Below are positions 52,744 through 64,000 of a stretch of DNA of 64,000 nucleotides, piece by piece. A program made the translations under genes and the position numbers. Under the pieces are notes generated by a model. That model ran no database searches. It was not told the DNA's origin and worked only from the letters and a program-made list of their open reading frames with translations. The first letter of the stretch is position 1. Every line of letters begins with the position of its first letter. The DNA lies in assembly GCF_036321535.1 (NCBI RefSeq), contig NC_087460.1, positions 1,922,001 to 1,986,000 of the forward strand, written 5' to 3'. The stretch comes from Camelus dromedarius (lineage: Eukaryota).

Positions 52744-54251
52744 CTTTTTGTTGAAATTACAGGAGAGGGAGATACAGAAAAGTTTCTAATAAGCAAGTGA
52801 ATTAAGTGGAAATTAGGGTAGAGGCTCCATTATGCTACATTTAAGATAAAATACAAAGCCATTGATATTATGTTTATCTGGTGTGCTGTGACTATTGTTT
52901 TATTTTGGGGAAAGAAAAAAATTACTTAAAAGCTTTAAAAGGTTCATTCACAATCTCCTCTCCAATTGATAACATAGGCCAATCTTGTCACAGAAATCTT
53001 CAGGATAAAGTTCACCGTCTGGGAAGGAATAAATACCTCATTACGTGAAGGAAAGAGGGAAGGGCGGGACAGAGAAGAGGAGAGGGGAGAGGAGGAGGGG
53101 ATGGGAAAAGGCAGAAGCTTTGTTTTAATTAGCTTTGGGCAGAGCTTCCTCATCAAGCTCACTGTCAGTCCATTCTGATCGTGAGCTAGTTGAGGTGACA
53201 TAATATTCCGTTCTTGTGTTTCTCTACCCAGTAAATGTCTGCTCACACCAATCTGTAACATATATTCTATCATTACTCCCGTTTTCTAGTAAGTAACTGA
53301 GGTTTAGAGGTTCAGTAAAACTTGCCTGAGGCTGAGCACATGTCCACATATATAAGCACTCAATAAATTAAAATATTATTGCTGTTTTTACTGAAAATTT
53401 TACTCTCTGGGTTCAAAAGCTTCTGTCTTCAACTCTCCCTACTACTTCCTCTACCCATTTCTTTGGGAACATCCTTACTGCTTTTATGATTACCTCTATC
53501 ACCTAAACCACCACCTGGCAAAGAGTAGCTAACTACTACTTGTTTAATGAATAAACGGCATCTCTTTCAATCCGTTGACTTGAATTTTCAATTATATAAT
53601 GGACATTTTCACCTATTGTCCCATTGGAGCTTGAAATGTTTAACTTAAAACAAAAAAATCTCAGGCTGAAGCAGCTCACTTCTGGGTCATGAACCCAGAG
53701 ATGTGGTCAAAATTGAGCAGTAAAACTCTTTATTATAAAAAGCAATCATTCAAATCATGTATTTTTTTAGTACCTCAAAGCTAACACTTCCTAAACCAAA
53801 TTCATCACCTTTATCATCCAAACATGCTCCTTCTGACGTTTCAATTTCAGTTACTAATTCAGCATCTTTCAAGCAACCTGGACTTGAAAATTTAAATTCA
53901 TCGCTCCATTACTCCTCCTCTTGACCCTCTCATCTAACCGTATGAAAATCCTGCACATTCTGACAAGGACCTGTTAATTCAGGAAACCCACATCTCAAGC
54001 ACCCTACTCCAATGCCTTAACTGTTCTCCCCGGACCACCTTCTCAGAAGTCATAAAATTCGTCAGTCTAACGCACTAAATCAAACTCAGCCTAGATAGAC
54101 ATCATGGCTTTTCACTTAAGGACCAGACCTCTCTCTCCTGCCTTATTTCCTCTACTCCTTGAATGCACACGAGGTTTCCAGATAACTTTGTTTCCATGCG
54201 TTTTTTTCAGGAGGGCCCCTCCTGCTGGAACATAGTTCCCTCCACTCATAA

Positions 54252-54397
54252 TTTTTTAAATTTATTTATTTTTTGGAGAGGGAGGGGAGGAGGTAATCAG
54301 GTTTGTTTGTTTATTTACTTATTGGTGGTGCTGGGGATTGAACCCAGGACCTTGTGATTGCTAGGCGTGCGCTCTACCACTGAGCAATACCATCCCC
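54252..54397 (-). mobile_element. Vic-1 type SINE
   Basis: Full element; TSD actcataattt at 54244-54254 and 54401-54411. Confidence 0.92.
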
Positions 54398-54779
54398 TCA
54401 ACTCATAATTTCACTACATGACAATTTAAATACCACCTTCCTTTCTTCCCTGAGTCTCTCCATTAGGAATGCTCTAACTGCATAGGAACCGTATTTATAA
54501 TTCTCTGAAAGCTGACACAGTAGAGTTCGTTGTGGCCACCACCTCTCCCGCGAGGGTGTGTGTTCTCCGCAGATAAGTACATCCTTGTATCTCCCCAAAA
54601 TGCGATGCCCTAGTTTACAGACGTCCTGTTGGATTTCAGCTACCTTCCATCCCTCCATCTCTGTGACACTCTTGTTTAGGCACATATATGTTCATAGCTG
54701 GTCTGCTTTCAATTCACATCCGTTCAGAACTTCGACATTATTTCCTTTTCCCCACCACTCTGCGAAGTGCTTTTATCAT

Positions 54780-55370
54780 CCCTCAACTATACCGACGAGG
54801 AAGCTGATGCTGAGACCGGCGCGGGGTGAGGGAATCTGGGACCCACCTCCAGAACGCCCACCTGCCGCACCCCTTTCTCCATCTGGCCCCGACGTGATTC
54901 CGGGGTTCAGCCCCCCAGCGCCCCGAAAGCCCTCCCGCAGACGCTAGCTGTCCGCCCCCGGCCCCCACGAGCCTCCCGCCCCTCTCCCGCGCACTCTCCC
55001 GTACTCACTTCCCCCGCACCCGCCCTCTCTTCCCGAAGCCCCTTCCCCGACCCTCAGCCGGAAACCCGGAACTCCACTCACGCCGCACGGAGCCGCGGAC
55101 GCCGAGAGCCCAACCGAAAAACAAGTCAAATCCCGGGCGTCGCGGCGCCACGGAGCGTGCACGAACCCACCCAATCGCCGACAGGCTTACACGGCCCTCT
55201 GGATTGCGCGCCAATAGGAAAGCAATTCACACAGAGGCCCGCCCCCTCCCCGCCCTCCCTCGCGCGCCTTGCCCCGGAGGGGTCGCCGGGAAATGTAGTT
55301 TTACTTCTGCGCTCGGCTTCCTGGGTGGAGGAGGATGTGGCGGGGCTGCAACCCAGCGCATCCCAGCACA
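54780..55370. promoter_or_regulatory. CCDC77: Internal CpG island promoter of CCDC77
   Basis: CpG-dense; CCAAT at 55171 and 55211, GC box ~55237-55246, AACTACATTTCCCGG (minus strand, 55286-55300) resembling the ZNF143/THAP11 SBS motif. Confidence 0.8.
55009..55150 (-). other. CCDC77: Candidate proximal non-coding first exon of CCDC77 (5' end approximate)
   Basis: Donor AA|GTGAGT at 55008-55003 in a CpG island, downstream of CCAAT, GC-box and ZNF143-type motifs. Confidence 0.65.
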
Positions 55371-55762
55371 GGTGCTGTGATGTTTCTGGTCAGATGCGCT
55401 AGTGCTGGCGCAGTTTAGATTTTCTCAGCTATTTGGTTTTCATGAAAAGTGACTGCAGAATAGTCACAGGATTTTTATGAGTTATGATGTGCAAACTTTT
55501 CTCAAGGAAGTGAAGAGTCTAAGAAGACAGTTTCTCCTTCCATGACCTGGTGGCCTGGAGCCAAGACAGGACTTGTGGATCAGTTTCTACAGAGGATAAT
55601 GTATGTAAATGCTATTTTTATCAGATAGCAGACACTACTTTTCCTGAGAGGTGTGAGAAACTGTGTTTAATCATATAAGTTAGTTCAAAACCCAGTAGCG
55701 ATTTCATTTTCGCAGAAGACAGAGGTGTTGGGGTGGGAAAGGCACTTTAGTTTCAGCGCTGC

Positions 55763-56275
55763 AGCTACTGAGACAGGCTGGGACGCGGGACCTGGGACGC
55801 TTTGCTGCAGCGTTTGCACCTGGACAAACATTTCCTGGAGCAACAGAATACAAAGAAACTATAAGAGACTAAAAATAACTGCACACATTAGCAGTCGAGG
55901 CAAATCATGAACAGTAAGATACAAAAAGGCCAAAACCCAACCGCCACTTCTGAGGTGCCAGGAGCAAAAGCAGGGTACCAGGCATGATCTCTGCACATGG
56001 CACCACCAAGGGGGGTGTGGGCAGACCCCCTAAGGTATCCCTGGGCCTGACCCCCGGATCCTCCCCTACCCTTGCTCCATTTAAGGGACCAGCTCAGCTC
56101 ACGCCCTGTATTCCCCATCCTCTCCACCCCAGCCTGAGCAGCAAGGGAACCTGTTACTTGTTTTGCTCTCTGGTGCTGCAGCACACGTGTCCCAATATAC
56201 CCTTGCCTGAATTCCTCATCAGGCCTCTTACCGATTTCTGTTGATTAAAAAGTCCAAGGACCCTGGTTGGTAACA
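55763..56275 (+). mobile_element. ERV1-class solo LTR (~510 bp)
   Basis: TATA-like catttaaggg, degenerate poly(A) signal caatata, terminal gtccaaggaccctggttggtaaca; 3/4-matching 4-bp flanks ctgc/ctac. Confidence 0.8.
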
Positions 56276-56999
56276 CTACCACATGGAAAAGCTGGGACTC
56301 TTCACTGATCTAAGACCTAAGGACGTTTGAAAGGAACTTGCCATCTCCTAAACCTGCTTTTTTCCCTCTTGTGATTTTCCTTTGTTCGTGTCATCAAGAT
56401 TTCCCCAGACTCCTTGCCTCAGTATTTTTGTCTCTCTTTTGGCCCCTGCTTTTTTTTTTTTTTTAGCCAAATCATGGTGATCTTATCTTAATACTGGTTC
56501 TCAAATTTCTATCTTCCTATTTATTTCCCCTCCAGGTCTCATTCCCTTTAACTTGGACTACTTCAGTAGGTTTCTAACTGGCATTTTTGCATCAAGTTTT
56601 TTTCCATCCCCAATCCATTCTATAAAAGGCGATTATTTTTTTAAAGCACACTTCTGGACATGTCCTACTCCTGCTCATAATTTGTGGTGACTCCCCACGG
56701 AGTAGACAATGAAGTCCGCATAGTAACGTGGCGTTCAAACACTGCCACAATCTGACCCCACTTATCTCTATTATAATAAATAACCAGTTATTTCCTGAAT
56801 GTAACATGCACTTTCCAGCTCTGCTCACACTCATTGCTTTGTCTGCATTCACCTTTCCCTGAATCTCCACTCATAAAATTCCTACAAGGCCAACGCAAAT
56901 ACCATCTCCTTAATTGGAAGTAATTCCTTTTCTTGATATTTATGCCACAAGTTGTCATTGTTTTACAGCATAGCTTCTATTCAAATGTCATCCATCTTT

Positions 57000-57185
57000 T
57001 TTTTTTAATTGAAGTATAGCTGACTTACAATGTTTTGTTAGTTTCTGGTGTACAGCATAATGATTCAGCCATACATGTGTGTATATATATACACACGCTC
57101 TTTTTCATACTCTTTTCCATTAGAGGTTATTAAAGATATTGAATATAATTTCCTGTGCTATACAGTAGGACCTTGTTGTTTATCA
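57000..57185 (-). mobile_element. L1 3' end
   Basis: ttaattgaagtatagctgacttacaatg..tgtgctatacagtaggacc. Confidence 0.85.
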
Positions 57186-57370
57186 AATGTCATCAATCTT
57201 AAGCCCTTCTCTGACTACCTGTCCCCCTTAACACCCTCCCATGTCCTCCCTTCTCTACTTTTTAAGACTTTTTCACCACCTAGTATAGTTCATATTTACT
57301 TGCTAGTGCTTATGATTTTGTCTCCCCTCACAACTAGAAGGTAAGCTCTGTAAGGGGACATACTTTGTAC

Positions 57371-57504
57371 TTTTTTTTTTGTTTTTGGAGGTGGCGGAGG
57401 TAATTAGGTTTATTTATTATGTTTTTAGAGAGGTACTGGGGACTGAACCTAGGACCTCGTACATGCTAAGCATGCGCTTTACCACTTGAGCTATACCCTC
57501 CCCC
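57371..57504 (-). mobile_element. Vic-1 type SINE
   Basis: Full head and tail. Confidence 0.9.
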
Positions 57505-58559
57505 TCTTCTTCTTGTTCATTATCATGCATCCAGCGTTTAGCAGAGTGCACACAGCGATGCTCAGTGACTTGCTGAATGCATGAGCGCTCGTATAACATT
57601 CCTCCCCACGTGTGTGCCTCTCCTGTCACACTGCTCTTCTTGTGTTCCAGATCCCGCTTCATGTGTCATCCTCCCTTAAAATGCCAAAGGGTCATTCTCA
57701 ACTCACCCCTCTCTCGCAACCACCCAGTATCAGGTTGATAATTTTAAAAACATCACTCCTGCGGCAGAAGATCAACGAATAACCACCCTTGAAGATGTGG
57801 GAGGCTATAGTGACAATTCATATAATTTATATGAGGGGAAAGACCTAAAAGAAGGGTGGCATTGATGGAAATGTGAAGAGGGACATGGGAGATATTTAAA
57901 GGTTCCAACTGGCCGGACCCAGGACAGGGAAGCTAGCAGGAGTAGCTAACTTTAATCAGAGTGGGAAGCGCACGGGGAAGAACACGGGAGGCTGTGAGAC
58001 GCAGCCCGAGGGGGACAGTAGCTCGATAAACCCTCTCGCTTCCCGCTCAGCCTAGTCCGGTGGCGCGTTCCTGCCATTCGCCTCACTTTGTCTTCGTCTT
58101 CCTGGTGTAACCGTGCTGAGGATCCGCACGCTTGAGGCTCCTTTTCCCGTCTGCCTTCTAAGTGTGGTGCGGGGGCATGTCTCACGTTTACAGGAAAAGC
58201 CGTCCCCGTAAGTTCACGGTCTGCAGCCTTAGGGACGCCCTCAGCAGTGAAGACCCACACTTCTCAGGGAGCGTTTGCTCCTCCTAATTTCCACAGGAGC
58301 CCTTTTACAGAGTCACCCTTCTCGGCAAGCCCCTAAGGCAGCCCTCTCGGTCCCTTCTTCTTTGCTTCTCAAAGAAAGGCGCCAACCACCTCAAATTCTT
58401 TCCTGCTCACCCACCTCCTCGTCATCTGCGCGCGCCTGCCTCCTTCCCTGCGTGGGAGGGGGCGGTCCCTCCTCCTGCCACGCTCCCATTCCTCTTACCT
58501 CCTTAGGGACTTAGATTTTTCTCCTGTGTCTTCAACTCCCAGTCTCCATCATCGCTTTC

Positions 58560-58960
58560 TTCCTGGCACTCAGACATACTCACCCCTCCCAGCTTGTGAA
58601 CTCTTTCTTTAGTTCTCCTTTAGCAGCTTCCACCCTCCCCAACCCCACTTCTCACTCGGCAACTAAGAATCTTGAGTCTATGCTTGGCTCATTTCCCTCC
58701 CCTCCCACTCACTTCCCAACTCACAGAAACTGCATTCGGATCCCCTAACTTTATAGAAACTGCTCTATGATCTACTAATTGCTAAATTTAATGACCACTT
58801 CTTGTCTAATCTCACATGATCTCTTTGTGGCATTTTATACTGTTGCCACCTTTTTCTCCAAGTTTTACTCACTTACCAACGCTATGAAAACTCTCAAATC
58901 TCTCTCCCCATTCATTCTTAGCATCATGTGCTGGTTTTTCTTTTTCTAGTGCAAGTATTA
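58560..58960 (+). mobile_element. L2 RT-region fragment (others near 53560-54240 and 56330-56990)
   Basis: gaaactgctctatgatctactaattgctaaatttaatgacc resembles L2 ETAL..DLLIAK coding segment. Confidence 0.6.
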
Positions 58961-58988
58961 TTATCTTCCCAAAAAATAATACCTTTGT

Positions 58989-59122
58989 GGGGAGAGTATA
59001 GCTCAAGTGGTAGAGAGCACAAGCTTGGCACACATGAGGTCCTGGGTTCAATTGCCAGTACCTCCTCCAAGAATAAATAAATAAATAAATAAACCTAATC
59101 ACCTCCTCCCACCAAAACAAAA
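58989..59122 (+). mobile_element. Vic-1 type SINE
   Basis: Full head and tail. Confidence 0.9.
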
Positions 59123-59199
59123 TAATTAATTAATTAACTTTTAATTAGCTTAGGACAAATAACAGAAGAGTAAACTTCTCTTACTTGTGGAGATGTGAA

Positions 59200-60560
59200 A
59201 TCATGGGCTTCATGACAATAATACAGTTCAGAATAAGAATCAATATAATTGTAGGAGCATGTATTTAGTATATGCCCCACCTTCACTTACTGCTGAATTT
59301 AAGATATAAGAGCCCTCTGAGAGATCACAGAAAAACAGAAAATAACATACAAACATATTAAAGGAAATATGCATACTCAAAAAGGACACACCTGTTTATG
59401 GAGCCTACACCAAGAAACAAAGATAATTAGTACCTGCATTTTAATTTTGAAAAACACTGGACAAAGAGAAGATAGACTGATGTTATCATCTCCTCGCTGT
59501 TATTATTTTTATTATTTGTACTATCATTTCTAGGTTGGTACATAATAGAGAAAGCTCTGTGTTCACTGTCCTCTATGACACCGTCTGTGGTATAGAAAAT
59601 TATCAATAAAATCCTTGAAATAAATTTGGGAAAATCCAAGCCAGTTATGAGAGAGTACTTCACTCCGTTTTTACATTTAGAAGCTCTTGGTACATTGCTT
59701 TACAAATTATACAAATATTTTGGTAAACACAGATTTAGAGATTTAAATGACATGTTTTGCCTAAATTTTTTTTTTACAGTATGCTTTGAAAGTTCCACTA
59801 GTTATTCTAGGGAATAAATGCAATTTGTCATTTATACCCATTTGGAACAGAGGATATCAAATTAAAATCCAGAACTAAATCATAATCCAGGAAAGACAGC
59901 AGAAGACCTTGTAAACTGAAATATATGTGATATTTTCCTGGAAGCAATAACAAGATGTTCTTTGATACATTCATGATCTATCTAACTGCTGAACACCGCA
60001 ATTCACAGTGCATCTAAATTCATTGATAATCTTGTGCTTTGCCTTACAACAATCCTTTATCTGCTCAGTAGAAAAGGATAGGTGATTAGAAAGCCACTCA
60101 AGGTCATATCAATGTAAATCATATTCAAGTAAATAATAGTAATATCTTGGGTGAAACATAACCTGTGGGCACTTTGAGGAAAGGTAGACATAGACAAAAT
60201 ATGAGCGTTCAAATAATCTGATCAGAAAGTAGTTGTTGATAATTTAATTAAAGGAGAACCGTAAAAAGTGATAATTTACAAGTAGTTTCTGTAGACCTCA
60301 ATTTATTGAATTGAACTGTTGAACATAATTGAATTCAATCACAGACCACCAGATACAGAATAAGCTGTTATTATTTTGGTCTAAATGAATTTAAGAGTTT
60401 GTTAATTACACTTGATTTCTCCTAATGTTAAAGTATGTAAGAGAATCCGTTTTACTGAGGTTTAGAAGAACCTAGTGACATACACGATGTACAAATTTAA
60501 ATGTTTAAATATTTAAATAAGCAAAGACCTCTTGGTGAGACTGTTGCTCTACTAGGTTGT
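59200..60560 (-). mobile_element. Degenerate hAT-superfamily DNA transposon with transposase C-terminal remnant (boundaries approximate)
   Basis: ORF 59427-59663 FPKFISRILLII..EHRAFS..SEEMITSVYLLFVQ resembles the hAT dimerization motif FP..SRIL..ERSFS..SEERL. Confidence 0.45.
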
Positions 60561-60641
60561 TTACTTTCCCCCCTTCTCTTTAGAGCAGGTCTCTTCCAGC
60601 CCTTCCTCCTTTATTATGTTCATTCAAATTATAGGATAAAG

Positions 60642-61816
60642 CATCAGTTCTCAAAGTGTTGTCTATAGACCCTGGTTGGTTGCTAGACCCCTGTTGGTCC
60701 CTCGGATGCTGCTTTCTGAAGGTCTTAAGGTCAAAAGTATTTTCATACTAATAGCAAGATATAATTTTCCTTTTTCAAAACCTCGGTAACATTTGCACCA
60801 ATGGTGCAAAAGCAATGATGCTGGTGACACTGCTGATCCCTTAGCACACATCACAGGGGTGACACCACACCATGGTAGTAGTCTTCATCACCCACACTCA
60901 TGGTTGAAAAAACAAAAGGCCAGTTTTATTTAAGAATGCCCATTTTGAAGCAATAAAAATGACTCGTTTTAATAAACCTGGAGTCCTGAATACATGTCTT
61001 CTTTAAGTCTGTGTGAGAAAGTGGGAAGTCCACATGATGTGCTTCTGCTGCAGGAGGATTTTCTCAAGGGGACGCACTTACCAGCTAAAATAGCCACTTT
61101 TCTCATGGAACACCAGAAGGCATAACAGACAAACGGTAGTTGTTCAGAGTGAGGTATTTGACATTTTTTGGGAAAATGAACAGTGTGAGCCCATCTCTTC
61201 AATGGAAACAATGGACAGTATTTGTTGATAATGAAAATTTGAGGTTTCAAGTGAAAGTTATTTTGAAAAATTTGTTTCTGTTACTATGAGTTTGACAGCT
61301 TCTCAACTTCCTGAAATGAAAAGTGCTATTTTTGTGATTTTTAAAAATAATATATAATTATATGCATCAACATTTGGAAGATCTGTAGAACTTGGTGAGC
61401 TAATATTGTCCAAATGATCAATGCATAATGTTTCAAAATCATGACTGTGTAAAAACCCCATTCAAGGACAAATGTTGACAACCATTTTAATGTAACAGAG
61501 TAAAAAAGTTTATTGAAAAAATTATAGATTCCACATTGCTAGGTTTTAAGAAATTACAATGGTCTGAAAAGGCTAAAATTAAAAAAAAATCCTCCCTTTT
61601 TCCCTTCACATCTGTGTCATGCTGGATTTTCTTCATATATTTTAACCCAAACAACGTATCACAACAGATTGAGTGTAGAAACAGATATGAGAATCCACCT
61701 TGATCCCATGAAGCTAAATATTAAAATCATTTTCAAAAAATGTAAACCAATGCCACTCTTTTCACTAAATTTCTTTTGGAAAATATTGTTATTCATAAAA
61801 TATATTTACATTAACC
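60642..61816 (+). mobile_element. Charlie1-family hAT DNA transposon (Charlie1a-like)
   Basis: TIR-like catcagttctcaaagtg; acaacagattgagtgtagaaacagatatgagaatcc..aatgtaaaccaatgccactcttttcactaa. Confidence 0.8.
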
Positions 61817-62030
61817 TGTGTTATGTCTAGTTTTATACGTTAACTTGGAGGGTGCTTTTGGATGAGATTAACATCTAATCAATGAACTTTGAGTGAAGCA
61901 GGTTGCTCTCCATGAGTGGGTTTCATCCAATCAGTCTAAAGCTTGAATAGAATTAAAGTCAGCCTCCTCCAGCAAGATGGAATTCTCCTGAAGACTGCCT
62001 TCAAATTTCATCTGGTCCGTGAAGAACCAG
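61817..62030 (+). mobile_element. MLT2-type ERVL LTR fragment
   Basis: ggatgagattaacatctaatc..tcatccaatcagtctaaagcttgaataga. Confidence 0.8.
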
Positions 62031-62229
62031 TAGGAATTTAGTCAGAAAGGGCATAGAGGAAATGGTGGGGTAGGGTCTGACAGGTAACATCTGTGAAGGC
62101 TGAAGTGACAGAAAACATGGTGCATTAAAGCCACCACAAAAACGTCTGTATGAGGGGAAACCTAGGAGTAGGTTAGCACATAATAAAGAAGGAGTTTGGA
62201 GTTGTTGAGTTTGGAGATGAAAATGACAG

Positions 62230-63110
62230 GAAGAATTCTGGACTTTAGACAAAGCAGTCTGACCAGCGAGTGGAGAGGGATTTGACAGGGGGCAAGAACT
62301 GAGCTGTTAATCATAGCCCAGGTGAGAGAGAACATAAATTGGGATAGTGGTAACTTGGATGGAGAGACATGGGTGGACTTAAGACTTTTACGTGATAGAA
62401 TCTCCAGATTTGACACAGAACTGTATGCAGGTAGTGAGGGAGCAGGAGTTAAGGATTATTTTTCTTTTTCTGGCTCAGGCAACTGAGTAGATGGATGAAT
62501 TCATTCATGTAAACTGGAAACACTGAAAAAGCAGTGCGGAACTATGAGTTCAAGGAACCCTGAGTTGATCAAAGTGGAGTTGTCCAGTAGGTGGCTAGAT
62601 GTACTGGCTTGTAGCTTAGGACAGGAGTCCAGACTGGAAGTACAGACTTGGGAGTCATCAGCCATAGCTGGCAGTTTAGATCCTTCGGGAAGCTGAGATT
62701 GCACAGGGAGTAGAACAAGCCCGAGAAGTCAGTCAGCCTTCCGGTAAGTATTTAATACGAGAACCACTCTTTCATGGCTTCTTCTTTAATCCTTTCTGCG
62801 TTATTCTCCGCAACCTGGAGGAAGTGGGGAAGTGGAGATGGACACCGGCATACAGATTTTTTGACAGGTAGGCCCAGGACAGGTGCCGCGGCTGGAACAG
62901 GCGACTGAGAGGCTGACGGCGCAGGGCGGCGGGGAGAGTGACCGCTGTTGAGAAGACTCGGGGGTTGTCAACGGTTGGAAAAGCAAGGTCAAGGGCAGTC
63001 GCTTCTCTGTGGACGAAATCAGTTCCTGGTTGGATTCGGGGGGATGGGCTGGACCCGAACTTGTTGCCGTGGAGATGGGACGCCTTAAAGCGACTGGCCG
63101 AGATCATTCG
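62230..63110 (-). mobile_element. L2 fragment running into the KDM5A CpG island
   Basis: ttgggagtcatcagccatag; ORF 62772-63107 contains ALDLAFPTVDNP, like L2 RT LDLSAAFDTVDH. Confidence 0.65.
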
Positions 63111-63223
63111 AAAGGGGCAATACGAGTGAAAGGACTAAGAAGAGATGCCGGGGAGGGTGGTGATCTGGACAGAGACGGGCCGCGGCAGGACGGCGGGACC
63201 GGGCGGCTGGTGCCCCGGCTCAC

Positions 63224-63330
63224 CTGCGCACAAAGCGGAACCGGGCTCTCCTCGCCGGAATCAGAACCTCTGACCCCGGGGCGTTACGCAGCCTCCGCGC
63301 CGGAAGAGCGCCCGCTCGGCCGGCTGCGCC
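63224..63330 (-). other. CCDC77: Candidate distal non-coding first exon of CCDC77 (5' end approximate)
   Basis: Consensus donor CAG|GTGAGC at 63223-63218 inside the CpG island shared with KDM5A. Confidence 0.6.
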
Positions 63331-63500
63331 CCTGCGCCCCTGTGGGAGGGGCCGCGGGGCCGCGCCGTGGGAGTCGTCAGCAGCGCGGAACTTCCGCGGA
63401 CGAGTTGCTGAGGGGCGACCTGTGTTGCCGGGAAGGCGGCGGAGAAGGAAGGTCGCGCAACGGGCGTCGCATAGCTGCGGAGGGATCCTGTTTCTGCGCG

Positions 63501-63545
63501 GCGGAGGGATTTGGCACACGGCGGCGGGATTTGGCACACGGCGGC
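63501..63545. repeat. 20-bp tandem duplication in the KDM5A/CCDC77 promoter
   Basis: gcggagggatttggcacacg gcggcgggatttggcacacg gcggc. Confidence 0.95.
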
Positions 63546-63592
63546 TTCCGGCGAGCCCGGCCCGGGAGGAAAAGCCCCGAAGGAAACAATAA

Positions 63593-64000
<408 letters not shown>

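Overview
Mammalian genomic DNA, GC-rich, most likely camelid (alpaca or camel), judged from 13 copies of the tRNA-derived Vic-1-type SINE. Gene order is syntenic with human 12p13.33. The window holds (1) B4GALNT3 coding exon 1 on the minus strand (23085-23253) with ~23 kb of intron 1; (2) the complete CCDC77 coding sequence on the minus strand (11 coding exons, 52454 to 36337, 1479 nt, 492 aa), with two candidate promoters (internal CpG island ~55 kb; shared CpG island ~63.3 kb); (3) KDM5A coding exon 1 on the plus strand (63734-63898), head-to-head with CCDC77. The rest is interspersed repeats (L1, L2, MIR, SINE, Tigger1- and Charlie1-derived DNA transposons, ERV LTRs) and four N gaps. Nearly all ORFs in the supplied track are spurious. 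I found no convincing new biological system. Best leads: a 15-bp GC-rich VNTR at the B4GALNT3 promoter, an apparent AT-to-GC substitution bias reaching into CCDC77, a divergent CCDC77 N-terminus lacking the internal Met, a collapsed ERVL provirus, a 42-nt U2 snRNA retrocopy and a hAT transposase relic. Comparisons to human proteins and repeat consensus sequences are from recall and need alignment to confirm.
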